NCBI GenBank assembly: GCA_963845755.1
Contig: CAWJTV010000033.1
Location: 224,001 to 288,000, forward strand
Direction of reading: 5' to 3'
Source of the DNA: an uncultured Planctomycetota bacterium
Lineage (GTDB): Bacteria > Planctomycetota > Planctomycetia > Isosphaerales > Isosphaeraceae
Length of the DNA stretch: 64,000 bases
Positions 12,246 to 22,356 of the stretch are shown in pieces. Under the pieces are notes generated by a model. It worked only from the letters and a program-made list of their open reading frames with translations. It was not told where the DNA came from and ran no database searches. Both the position numbers and the translations under genes were made by a program. Every line of letters begins with the position of its first letter. The first letter of the stretch is position 1.

Positions 12246-12785
12246 TCAAGGTGATCTGACGACGGTTCGCGTCTCCAGCTCGTCGCGCGTGCGATGCAAT
12301 CGCCTGGCCAGGAGTCCGCCGAGCAGGGCGGCGATCGGAGTCAGCAGCGCGTGGCAGATGACCCGGTATGGCTCGGGGATTGCCCAGTTGAACGGGATCG
12401 CATTCCGAAGCGGCTCTGACCAATACTGCCAGATGCCGTCCGTGGTTGCCCCGACCCCGCCCCTGCCACTCACGTCACCGATCGTGGGATAGACGAGATC
12501 CATCAGGGCGGATGTGACGATCAGGGGAGTCATGCCCGAGCCGCTCCAGGGGTACGAGCTCAACCCCAGGTAGAGCCACCCGCAGAAGGCGAAGCCCGTC
12601 CAGAAGGCCCGCCGCGCGCCCAGCCGATAGACGGCGGTCAGCGTGGCCGCGGCCATCGAAGTGGTTACCAGGCTGAAGAGGGTGCTGGCCCAGATCCAGG
12701 AGGGCGAGCGCATCGCGGCGAAGCCGACCCCGAAGTAGACGATGATCAGGAGCAGGCGGGCGATGGTGATCCGAAACCGACCCAT
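12246..12785 (-). CDS. Hypothetical multi-pass membrane protein
   Basis: FRITIARLL start, RRAFWTGFAFCGWLYL motif, four hydrophobic segments and a GGAGG RBS. Confidence 0.8.
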   Translation of the reverse strand: MGRFRITIARLLLIIVYFGVGFAAMRSPSWIWASTLFSLVTTSMAAATLTAVYRLGARRAFWTGFAFCGWLYLGLSSYPWSGSGMTPLIVTSALMDLVYPTIGDVSGRGGVGATTDGIWQYWSEPLRNAIPFNWAIPEPYRVICHALLTPIAALLGGLLARRLHRTRDELETRTVVRSP

Positions 12786-13090
12786 CGGGACCTCCGATCA
12801 TGAGGCGTCGGACCCGCTCGTCCGATTGTCGGCGAGGCGGGGCGCGATGATCGCTTCGCCAGGAGAGCGGAAGGGAACGAAGGGGTCATTCACCTCGTAA
12901 CTATACGCATCTCGCGTGAACCGCTCCAGGTCGAGGAAAGCCCTCTCGGCGAAATAGTCCCGCCCATCCGCCGAACTCCTTGACAGGCGGTGTGGTTGCA
13001 GCCAGGATCAGGCCGGGGCGACCGCACCAGGCGGACGCGTATCGGCGGAGACGTTCTCCGCACCGCGGTTGGACTTGGCATCAGGGGTCG

Positions 13091-14228
13091 ATGGCGATGT
13101 TGATGACGGGGCTGTCGGGAAACGAGATCTACTGTCTGGCGCAGAAGGGATTTGACCCCGGGAACATCGTGGTGGGCAACAGCGTCTACTCGCTCGGGTT
13201 GTTGCGGGGTATCACCAGTGGGCTCAAGACGCTCTCGGGTGGGGAGATCGGCAGCATCACCCACCTCATCGTCAACGGCCGGCACGCCGCCATCAGCCGG
13301 CTGGAGAAGGAGGCCCAGGACGAAGGGGATCGGGGGCTGACCGGCGTCGCCTCCGAACTGCGGAAGATCGGGAATCTGATGGAGTTCCTCGCGATCGGCT
13401 CCTCCGTCAAGAGCAAGGCAGCCGCCGGCTCGTTCTTCTCGACGGCCTGCTCCGGGCAGGATCTGTTCTGTCAGATCGACTCGGGCTATGAACCCCGACA
13501 CTTCGTGATCGGCAACGTCGCCTACGCGTTGGGGGTCGCGCGGGATCTCGGGCGGGCTGAAGATGTTCGCCCGGCGCGGCGAGGTCAAGGAGTTCTCGGA
13601 CATGTACAACCACACGCGCCATCTCGCCCTGGAGCGGCTGGAGGCCGAGGCGGCCGAGCGCGGTTGCAACGCGGTGGTTGACGTCATCACCCGGATCATC
13701 CCGTTCGGGCCGGGAGTCCGGGAGATGCTCATGGTCGGCACCGGCTCGTACAACCCGGCGCTGGGGCAGCCGAAGGTGCCCTATACGTCCGAGCTGACCG
13801 GTGAAGAGCTCTGGAATCTGACCCAGTTGGGCTATGCGCCGCTGCGGCTCTTGCTGGGGACGAGCGTCTACGCGCTGGGGCTTGCCGGCGGCATCTCTGC
13901 ATTCTTCCAATCGTTCGGCCGGGGCGAGATCGATGAGGTCACCCGGCTGGTCTACGACGCCCGGGAGAACTGCCTCGACCACATCCGAATCGAGGCCCAG
14001 CAATTGAAGGCCGACGCGGTCATCGGCGTCAAGCTCTTCATCAACGAGCTGGGCTCGGGACTCGTCGAGGTGATGGCCATCGGCACGGGGATCCGCAAGC
14101 ACGCCGGCGTCTCGACCCAGAGCGATCAGCTCATCCCGCAGGCCATCACCCGCGATCGCGACACGTTCTTCGACCAGGCCCCGGCCGTGCCGGGAATGCC
14201 GCAACCCCGGAACCTCGAACGAGCCTGA
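13091..14228 (+). CDS. Multi-domain YbjQ/heavy-metal-binding family protein (frameshift near 13545)
   Basis: Three repeated units (GNSVYSLG / GNVAYALG / GTSVYALG, each ending in AIGS, MVGT or AIGT) across two ORFs. Confidence 0.85.
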
Positions 14229-14310
14229 CCCGATTCCCGAATCCGTCTTCATCCGGAATCCGGAATTGGGAATCGTGAATTCCTCTTGGGTTACGGCTGA
14301 AGTCGGACAT
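14228..14310. repeat. Degenerate heptamer-arm repeat, copy 3
   Basis: cccgattcccgaatcc...ggaattgggaatcg followed by ctcttgggttacggctgaagtcgg. Confidence 0.6.
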
Positions 14311-14366
14311 GCGGATTGCGTCGGACGAGCTCACCAGGGCAAACTCAAAGTTTTCGGGATTGACTG

Positions 14367-14395
14367 TTGATTGCCCGGGGTCGGGCGGATACATT
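14367..14395 (+). promoter_or_regulatory. Sigma70-type promoter
   Basis: TTGATT-N17-TACATT. Confidence 0.65.
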
Positions 14396-14399
14396 TGAG

Positions 14400-14675
14400 T
14401 TGTCGGTCGAGACATGACACACAGCATCGGCCGACTTTCGTGTGGGTCGCGCGAACGGCGCGACGGACTAGAGCCCGCCCCAGCTCGAGGCTGGTCTCTG
14501 GCTGGTCCGGGGAGGCTAGAACGAAAGGAGGTGATCGCGTGTGTAGTGATAACCAGGAGCGGCTCGCCTAACGGCAGCCGACGGGTTGCCCGTCGGGCAG
14601 CCGCATGCTTGACCATAACCTTACGGTTGGGATCGGCCAGGTTCGGGCCTCCGGGTTTCGAGCCTGGCCGGATCC
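14400..14675 (+). ncRNA. Candidate structured RNA or small-ORF transcript
   Basis: Serial hairpins downstream of the promoter, GAAAGGAGGTGATC at 14523-14536, a 10-codon ORF at 14539-14571 and a long terminal hairpin at 14630-14675. Confidence 0.5.
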
Positions 14676-14729
14676 TATGTGCTATAAGATCTTCTTGCCT
14701 TGGGTTTGCTGAACGGGAGACGGGCTCCA

Positions 14730-14846
14730 TTGGTTCGGACCTACGCGGGTGAGTACGGCCTGTTCTTTGACCGTGGCTGGTGGTGGTCCTGGGCGTTTAC
14801 CAGCTCCACGACAGGTCGCCGGGCCGAGGACGGAGTATCCCCCTGA
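14730..14846 (+). CDS. Aromatic amino acid attenuator leader peptide (38 aa)
   Basis: TTG start with GGGAG upstream; MVRTYAGEYGLFFDRGWWWSWAFTSSTTGRRAEDGVSP contains 2 Tyr, 3 Phe and 4 Trp; lies upstream of a terminator and DAHP synthase. Confidence 0.85.
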   Translation: MVRTYAGEYGLFFDRGWWWSWAFTSSTTGRRAEDGVSP

Positions 14847-14878
14847 CTCCCGACTCAACTTCTTGAGCATACACACCA

Positions 14879-14915
14879 AGCCCCGGGACCTCTCGACAGG
14901 TCCCGGGGCTTTTTT
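14879..14915 (+). terminator. Intrinsic terminator (attenuator)
   Basis: 13-bp stem agccccgggacct/aggtcccggggct, 6-nt loop and a T-tract. Confidence 0.9.
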
Positions 14916-14967
14916 GTTGGCGATTTCCGATTCTCCGGTCATGGGTGCAGACTGGCGAATGCCTTGT

Positions 14968-15025
14968 GTAGGTCGGGCTTTCCAGCCTGACGCCCGGTCC
15001 TGTCAGGCGGGAAAGCCTGACCTAC
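14968..15025. repeat. GTAG-type REP doublet
   Basis: gtaggtcgggctttccagcctgac ... gtcaggcgggaaagcctgacctac, an imperfect inverted repeat. Confidence 0.8.
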
Positions 15026-15057
15026 TCTAGATCCAACACTCGGGAGGGCGGTCAACC

Positions 15058-16071
15058 GTGATCGTGGTCATGAAAGCGGACGCAACACCGGCGCAGATCG
15101 CGCACATGGCGGATCATATCGCCTCGCTGGGTTTCAAGCCCCAGGTGATCCACGGGACGCACCAGACGGTCATCGCGGCCCTGGGTGAAGAGCGGGCCGG
15201 TCTGACCGAGGCTCTCGAACCCGGCGAGGGCGTGGAGAAGGTCTTGCCGATCATGGCGCCGTACAAGCGTGCGTCGTCCGAGCTGAAGCGCGAGCGGACG
15301 ATGGTCAAGGCGCGGGGGCTGGAGGTCGGCGGCACGCGCGTGGCGGTGATCGCCGGCCCGTGCTCAGTCGAGGATGAGGAGCAGATCGTCGCGCTGGCGC
15401 GGAAGCTCAAGAGCCTGGGCGCCACCGGGCTGCGCGGCGGTGCGTTCAAGCCGCGGACCAGTCCGTACAGCTTCCAGGGTCACAAGGAGCTGGGGCTGAA
15501 GATGCTCGCCACGGCGCGGGCCGAGACCGGGCTGGCCATCGTCACGGAGGTCATGGCACCCGAGCATGTCCCGATGGTCGCGGAATATGCCGACGTCCTC
15601 CAGATCGGCGCACGCAACATGCAGAACTATCAGTTACTTCAAGCGGTCGGCGACTCGGGAAAACCCACCATGCTGAAGCGCGGGATGAGTGCCACGGTAG
15701 ACGAGTTCCTCCTGGCCGCCGAGTACATCCTCGACCGCGGCAACCCGCACGTGATGCTCTGCGAGCGCGGCATCCGCACGTATGAGGACCACACCCGATT
15801 CACGCTCCCGCTGGCGACGGTCCCCTACCTGCACGACAAGAGTCACCTGCCCGTGGTAGTCAACCCCTCGCATGGCACCGGCAAGGCGAAACTCGTCGCA
15901 CCGATGGCCAAGGCCGCGGTCGCCGCCGGGGCCGACGCGTTGATGGTCGAAGTCCACGACGACCCCGAGCACGCTGCTAGCGACGGCGCCCAGACCATCA
16001 CGCCGGCCGCGTTCAAGCAAATGGTCAACCAGTGCCGCCGAATCGCCGAGGCCGTCGATCGGACGATGTGA
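15058..16071 (+). CDS. aroF: 3-deoxy-7-phosphoheptulonate (DAHP) synthase, type I-beta with N-terminal regulatory domain
   Basis: [37 protein letters not shown] and LCERGIRT motifs. Confidence 0.95.
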   Translation: MIVVMKADATPAQIAHMADHIASLGFKPQVIHGTHQTVIAALGEERAGLTEALEPGEGVEKVLPIMAPYKRASSELKRERTMVKARGLEVGGTRVAVIAGPCSVEDEEQIVALARKLKSLGATGLRGGAFKPRTSPYSFQGHKELGLKMLATARAETGLAIVTEVMAPEHVPMVAEYADVLQIGARNMQNYQLLQAVGDSGKPTMLKRGMSATVDEFLLAAEYILDRGNPHVMLCERGIRTYEDHTRFTLPLATVPYLHDKSHLPVVVNPSHGTGKAKLVAPMAKAAVAAGADALMVEVHDDPEHAASDGAQTITPAAFKQMVNQCRRIAEAVDRTM

Positions 16072-16153
16072 TTCGCCAAGGTCGTTCGATTTGGGGTGGA
16101 ATGCAGGAAACGCAAAAGCCCGCGACCGACCGTCACGAAGCCAGGAAACGATC

Positions 16154-16399
16154 ATGCCGTTGGTGATTCCTGATGAGGCGCTGCGAGAGGCGGGCCTCAG
16201 CGAACGGGATGCGCTGGTGGAGTTCGACTGCCGGATATTTGCGGCCGAGAAGCTCACGCTCTGGTCGGCTTCGAAGCTCGCGGGGTTGAGCCGGGTCTCG
16301 TTTGAACAGGAGCTTTTCTCCCGCGGGATTCCCCTCTATCGGCCGGATCCCCACGATCTGGCCGAGGATCTCGCCGCGATGGATCAAGTGGGAGCCTGA
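16154..16399 (+). CDS. UPF0175 family protein (putative antitoxin)
   Basis: KLTLWSASKLAGLSRVSFEQELFSRGIP; directly upstream of a PIN-domain gene. Confidence 0.85.
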   Translation: MPLVIPDEALREAGLSERDALVEFDCRIFAAEKLTLWSASKLAGLSRVSFEQELFSRGIPLYRPDPHDLAEDLAAMDQVGA

Positions 16400-16401
16400 T
16401 C

Positions 16402-16890
16402 GTGGCTGTCGTCGTCAGCGACACCTCTCCGATTCGGGCGTTGGCGCATCGGGACCTGCTTGCGCTGCTCCCGGGGTTTTTTTCGCAAGTGCTGGTGCCT
16501 CCGGTTGTGGATGACGAGCTGAAGACGCCACCGGCAGGGCTGCCCCGTGTCGATGTCAGGGATCTTCGCTTCGTGACCATCCAGGCGCCACGCGATCGGG
16601 CGAAAGTAAAGGTGCTTCTTCGGGATCTTGATCCTGGCGAATCAGAAGCCCTGGCACTGGCCGTGGAGGTCGGTGTTTCGGCGGTCCTCATCGATGAGAG
16701 TGCCGGTCGGAGAATGGCGAGGCAACTCGGGCTGCTTCCGATCGGGGTTCTTGGTGTTCTGATCCGGGCCAAACCGCGCGGGCTGGTACCCGAGGTCGTT
16801 CCTCTCCTCGACCGTCTGAGAAGCGAGCTGGGCTTCTTCATCTCCGATCAGTTGCGGGCCGAAGTACAGCGCCTCGCCGGTGGGCCTTGA
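16402..16890 (+). CDS. DUF3368 PIN-domain protein (putative toxin)
   Basis: VVSDTSP, LDPGESEALALA, VLIDE and GVLGVLIRAK motifs. Confidence 0.88.
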   Translation: MAVVVSDTSPIRALAHRDLLALLPGFFSQVLVPPVVDDELKTPPAGLPRVDVRDLRFVTIQAPRDRAKVKVLLRDLDPGESEALALAVEVGVSAVLIDESAGRRMARQLGLLPIGVLGVLIRAKPRGLVPEVVPLLDRLRSELGFFISDQLRAEVQRLAGGP

Positions 16891-16955
16891 TCCGGATCGG
16901 CCTCTCGACTTTTCCGCTCATAACCAAGATTCGGCGCGGGACAGGGACCGAATGG

Positions 16956-19861
16956 TCATTTCTTGGAGAGAATGCGGTCGATTCGGTCGGGGATCTCCAG
17001 GCTCCTGGCGGTGAGTCCGATTTTCAGCTCCTCGGCATAATCGTAGTTGATCTGACAGGCATCCGGAGCGTCCCAGAGGATGTACCGCTCCTTGTTCTGG
17101 AAGTCAACGTAGACGATCGCCATGCTCGCGTTCTGGTACATCCAGACGGCGATCGCCGTTCGCGAGGAGGAGTTCCTGGTGAGGGCCGAAGGGGTGAAGA
17201 TCTCGATCTCCTTTCCCCGTTGCTGCATACCCTTCAAGACCGCCCGAACGGCCGATCCCGCCCGAATGGCGGACCGGCCCCGGCCCGTGGGGATGACCGC
17301 GAGTTCGTACGGCCCGACGGGCAGCGTCCGGTGAGACACGCGGAGTTGCGTGGCGTTGCCCTGCGCATCAATGGCCTCTTCCCACAGTTTGCGGAGGAGG
17401 TTCTGGTCGAACAGGAACGGGTCGGCCGGCGAGAGAGGGACGATCACCTTGACCCGCGGGGCATCGTCGTCGTCGGACACCTCGTCGTGAGGGATCACGC
17501 CTCCGACGTAAAACGGACGCCGCACGGGAGTCGCTGGGATCTCGGAGGAGCTCGTCTCATCCGCGTCGATCTGAGGGTCGTCCACGAACGTGGAGAGGTC
17601 CGCGTCGAGCTGCTCGGCGACTTCCAGCGGGATGGCGACGATCATCATCCGGTCGAGCCGGACGCCCGCCACGGGGACACGGAGCAGCTTGCCGACCAGA
17701 TAGTCCCAAAAGGCCTCGGGCCCGGATCGAAATGTGCGCTGCCAATGGGCATGCTCGATCAAGGGGTAGACGACCTCGGGCCAGAGGTCGACGCTGACCG
17801 TATCTCGGTGGTTGGATCCGGTGGAATAACGGAGGACCGCCTGGCGGAACTCATCCTCCTGGCGCCAGATATCCGCGACGCGATTCCAGAGGGAGACGCG
17901 GTGGGCGTCCATCGCGTCGTGAGGCGGGGCGATGAGCGTCAGATCGCTGAGAGTTCGGGGCATCAGGCCGGGGTTGAGCACGCCGTTGGAGTCGAGCATC
18001 GACTTGCGGGCGTAGACGCTGGCCTCCTTGAGCCGCTTGCGGACCTTGCGGAACCATTTGTTCTTGGCGGGGCCATCGCGGCTGGCCAGGTACTTGACCA
18101 CCATCACGGGAGTGAGCGCGGCGCGAACGTCGGGGCGCGCATCCAGCAGCACGCTGGCGCGCTGGACCGACTCGTCGGTCGGCCCAACGCACCCCAGCCA
18201 GGTCATCGCCAGCATGAGCCGCGCGCGGTCCGCGTTCCGAGCGTCGAGCGGTCGTCTGAGGAGAATCCCCTCCCGCCGCGCGCCGCCGAGGAGGAACGCC
18301 AGGTAATGACCGCAGAGATAGCGCTCTTCGGCGGAGAGGACGACCGGCATGGCCAGCGTCTCCGCGAGCATCTGCCTGGCGACCGGGTGGTCGCACGACC
18401 CCTGGGCGCCGGGGTGGTCGGTCCTGGACGCCCTGGGGGAATCCTGGGGAGCGGACGGCGGAGACCCCGCGGTCTCCGAGCGCACCCGATGCGCCGCGGG
18501 AGGGGCCTCCGTCAGTGACGACATGACGAGTCCAGGGTCCGCTCCTCCTGTCCCGTTCGCCGGGGCACCCTCAGCGTTCTTCGGGCCGCCCACGGTCCGC
18601 GTGCGCGACGGTGGCGGGGCGACCAGGAGTCGTGGATCTGATCGCGGAAGTCCGGGGTTGATTCGCTGAAGCCGCTGCGCCGCCCGGCTTCCTCGAAGAG
18701 CTCGAGGGCCACCACGTTGCCCGATGCGGGCCGCTGGATCGGATTCTTCGCCAGGAGCGAGAGGATCAGGTTCTCGAGCGTTGACCAGATCTCGGGGTTC
18801 TTGAACCGGGGAGGCGTCGGCGCGGCGTTCCTGTGCTGCCCCATCACCGAGAGCGCATCGCCGGCGAAAGGAACCTCGCCCGTCACGCATTCGTAGAGCA
18901 TCACACCCACGGAATACAGGTCGGTGCGATGGTCGAGCGATAGGCCCTGGGCCTGCTCCGGGCTCATGTAAAGCGGGGTGCCCTGGATCGTCCCGATCGG
19001 GTCCATTTGGTCGCCGGTAACCCGCGACAGACCGAAATCGGAGAGCTTCGCCTCGTCGCCCGGTGTAAGCAAAACGTTGCTCGGTTTGACGTCGCGGTGG
19101 ATTACCCCCTGGATGTGTGCGTAGTGGAGGGCCTCGGCCACCTGTCCGCAGATCCGCAACCGATCATCCAGGGGCAGGTCCCGCCAACGATTCGCGAGGC
19201 TCGGCCCGTTCACCTCCTCCATGACGAGGAAGTAATTCCCCTCCGACTCACCGTAGTCGTACAACCGCACGATCCGGTCATGAACCAACCTGGCGAGAAT
19301 CTGGGCCTCGAGGCGGAGCTTCTTGGCTTCCTCCTCGCTGCGGGCGTCCTTCAAGAATTTGATGGCCACGTTCCGCCCGAGCAACTGATCGGTCGCCCGG
19401 TAGACGGTGCCCATGCCGCCCTGGCCGAGTTCCGCGTCCAGGGTGAACCGCTCATTGAGCCTCGCGCCGACGCCGATCACCCGACCGGCCTCTCGAGAGG
19501 CAGGAAGCCGGCAACCGTTTCGATAGACACTGGCTCCGTCGCCGGTTCGGGATGGGGGTGCTGTCTCAACGGGTGTACGAGAAGTCTCGGGTCGGCGGCG
19601 GATCACCCCCTCATCCGCCCTTCGGGCACCTTCTCCCCGGGGGGGAGGAGAGGATGGATCCGTCCCCCTCGCCCCTGGGGGAGAGGGTTGGGGTGAGGGG
19701 GTCGAGGCGGCGACCTTCTCGTAGACCTTCTCAGAAAAATCGGCCGGAGCCGGGTTCCGTCCCCTCGATCCCTCGCGGACCAGACAGGCCGGACACTGAG
19801 CCTTGGGGGCGTTTGCAAGGATCGGCCCCCCGCAGTTCGGACATCGTTCGCGTACCGCCAT
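16956..19861 (-). CDS. Ser/Thr protein kinase with long uncharacterised C-terminal region (frameshift near 18690)
   Basis: N-terminal CPNC/CPAC, LGQGGMGTVY, HRDVKPSN, DFG and GTPLYMSPE; continues into ORF 16956..18890. Confidence 0.88.
19571..19727. mobile_element. MITE-like element enclosing a REP doublet, in-frame within the kinase
   Basis: Outer inverted repeat ggtgtacgagaagtc / gaccttctcgtagacc around ccctcatccgcccttcgggcaccttctccc ... gggagagggttggggtgagggg. Confidence 0.7.
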
Positions 19862-20404
19862 CAGCAGCCTCCCCCACGGCTCGGGGTCGCTTCCATCACT
19901 GATTCAGACGCGAGCCGGTCGGAAAACTTGCAGGCTCGGTGACCCGATTCTCCGCTAACTCGACCGCCATGACTGACGCATCGGTTCTGCCGCCTGTTCG
20001 GGTGACACTGGCAACGGAGTGCGTGCGATTCTGCTCTCCGCCCATTGCCCCGGCACATCACCGTCAGTCAAAATGGTTGCATCAACGCGCGTATTCGATC
20101 GAGATTCCTGTGGTCCTCAACATAATTACGAAGACTCTATACACGACGCGGCGAACAACGCCAGTCGTGAACTGGCGATCTGGAACTCAAGGGGCGATCG
20201 GAGTTCCCATGGCCACCGCGTTCACCGGGCGCGACACGAGAGACTTGCCTGCCCGCAACGCGACAGACGCGCGGAGTGGGTAGGGGATGGGCTCGGCCAA
20301 GCGAGGCTGGGGCTTTGAAAAGCGATCGGTCGCTCGATCACTTTCTGGCACAGTCATGGTAAAGGTTTTCCTGTAGCCGTTTTGCGCCCATTCGTCGTTC
20401 ATTG

Positions 20405-20612
20405 GCGGATCCGAGCTTTACACTTCCATTCCCCTCATGGGTATGCGAGAATCCCGCCGGATCTCCTCAGTTAAGAAATGTGAAACAGAAACTGAGCCGC
20501 TTCTCCAACAGCGCCGTTGGGGGACGAACGATGCACACCGCAGGGGCGGGGCGACGTGACGCCAAGCTCAATGAGGACCGTGCCGGTTGCCGGGACCCCA
20601 AGGATCGACTGA
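20405..20612 (+). pseudogene. Truncated paralogue of the promoter and 5' end of the ECF sigma at 23698
   Basis: Visible DNA homology to 23575-23775 (ggtatgcga..aatccc, gccgttgggggacgaac.atg, gctcaatgaggacc, ggatcgactg). Confidence 0.8.
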
Positions 20613-20625
20613 ACCTTGCGGGAGC

Positions 20626-20690
20626 AAAAAGGGACGGGGCGAATTGTTGAGTTGGAGGCCGGGAATTCGTTCGGTCCCCGTCCCTGTTTC
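20626..20690. repeat. Palindromic element, AAAAGGGAC-ended family
   Basis: aaaaagggacggggcgaa ... ttcggtccccgtccctgttt; sits where the sigma remnant stops. Confidence 0.6.
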
Positions 20691-21084
20691 GGCCGCCGTG
20701 AAAAGGCCCGCGCGATCGTTTATTCTGGAACACTGGGGCGAAGGAACGGGCGTGTCAGCCGTCGCCAGGGCCATCGAGGACAAGGGGAGGGCAAAGGGAT
20801 CGCAGCGTTTGCACGGACCGAGTCGGGGGAGCCGGGGACCCTGTTTTCCCCATCAGAGGCAGAGCGTTATTACAGTCCCCTCGGCGCCTGGAAAGGTCCC
20901 CTGCCAGCACGCGACGTCGAGGACGAGTCGCTCCACTTCTGGCGGTCGAGCGGCGACGAGGGCGTCCGGTGGCTCATCCATCGTCTGGGGGACGAATTCC
21001 ACCTTGAGACGCTCCACGGGGTCGCCTCCCTGCTGGCCGATCTCGGCGAGATCATCCTCGCTCCGGTCTTCCCCCCCCTTTTCG

Positions 21085-21307
21085 CCCCCCCGTCGAGTCC
21101 GTTCTTGAAGAAGCCGCCGCCGGATGTCGGCAAGGGCAACTCGGTGATGACCCCCGACAAGGTGATTTGACCGATCGCGTTATTCAACGTGTCGGTGAAG
21201 TAGACGTTGCCGTCAGGCCCGCCGGTAATCCCGAACAGGCCGTTTCCTATGGCCGGGCTTCCGGCCGGGATCGGGTATTCCGTGATGCTGGCCAAGACGC
21301 CCGTCAT
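21085..21307 (-). pseudogene. Fragment of a Vgb/streptogramin-lyase-like beta-propeller protein
   Basis: ITEYPIP...GITGGPDGNVYFTDTLNNAIGQITLSGVITELPLP; breaks off at a poly-C junction. Confidence 0.7.
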
Positions 21308-21499
21308 TCCAGACTCTCAAAACGCAGTTTCGCCTCGCGACGGCCCGCCGTTGATGGTGCGATCCCACGAGCCTTCCCGCGTGTCCACTCCACTCGAAGA
21401 TAGCGAATGAACGTTCCACGCATGATGAGGTGCCCCATCAAGAGTCGATGTGGGCCAACTTATGGGACCAGGGTGCGAGGGGACGCTCGCAAGGGAGAA

Positions 21500-22171
21500 T
21501 CATGAGGCTTTGCAGTAGCGATGCCGGGCGACGAGACCGCATACCACGGCCGATAAGCTGCCCAACAGCAACGACGATGGCTCCGGGACAGAACTGCCCT
21601 GGAACGAGAGGTCATCGATGGCGAAGTCGTTACCCGCAACCAAAGGCTGAGGGTTAACATCGGAGATCGTGAGGGTCAGGGTCGTCTCGGACCCCGTGGT
21701 CAGGCTCCGCGTGAACTCTTGCCACTGGCCGGGCTTCGTCGCATCGATAGGAAAGTCAGCGCCAGTAGCCACCCCGTTAGCCGAGAGTTGCAAGATGGCG
21801 GGATTGGCAGTGTCGGCAGCGGTCGCCCAGCCAACAAAGATGTAGTTGGTATGGGAAGCGACGGTAATCGTTTCCGACCAGAACGGATTCTGGCCGCCGG
21901 CTCCGTCTCCGAACATCATCAGTCCCGAGCCAGTCGTATGGTCGCCGAAGGACTCATACCCATTGGTAAAGGCCGTGGCGGGATTGGTGACGACTCCGTA
22001 ATCGCCAGGTCCTGTGAATGTTCCGTTAGGAACATGGGTGTAGCCGGACGTGAAGCCGGTGTTGCCGGCGCTGAAATCCCCGTTGACAATCAGATTGCCT
22101 CCACGAGCATTCGTCGTGACGAATCCGCTGATGATAACCCACATCAGACCTTTGAAAAGCGACATTTTCAT
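21500..22171 (-). CDS. PEP-CTERM sorting domain protein
   Basis: Signal peptide, NLIVNGDFSAGNTGFTS, GNDFAIDDLSF and VPEPSS with a TM tail. Confidence 0.9.
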   Translation of the reverse strand: MKMSLFKGLMWVIISGFVTTNARGGNLIVNGDFSAGNTGFTSGYTHVPNGTFTGPGDYGVVTNPATAFTNGYESFGDHTTGSGLMMFGDGAGGQNPFWSETITVASHTNYIFVGWATAADTANPAILQLSANGVATGADFPIDATKPGQWQEFTRSLTTGSETTLTLTISDVNPQPLVAGNDFAIDDLSFQGSSVPEPSSLLLGSLSAVVCGLVARHRYCKAS

Positions 22172-22253
22172 CGTAACCTCACTTTCCTCCGAAGAACGAG
22201 ACGCCAGGCTGGAGTCTCAGTGTCTGTTCCATCAGGATCGGAAGTCGATCCCG

Positions 22254-22320
22254 GAGGGTGGGTGAAACCCCACCGAATGGCGATGACTGACGTCGCTGGG
22301 TTTCACCCAGGCTACGACGG
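22254..22320. repeat. Degenerate GTAG-type REP doublet
   Basis: gggtgggtgaaacccc ... gggtttcacccaggctacg. Confidence 0.55.
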
Positions 22321-22356
22321 TCAAACCGGCTTCAGGAACCGACTTTCACAGCCGAC

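Noticed and set aside
14523..14571. 16S rRNA fragment or tmRNA tag
   Set aside because: The match to the 16S end stops after 14 nt, and there are no tRNA-like acceptor or T-arm ends for tmRNA.
14700..14915. T-box riboswitch upstream of aroF
   Set aside because: No T-box consensus precedes the terminator; the leader peptide explains the layout better.
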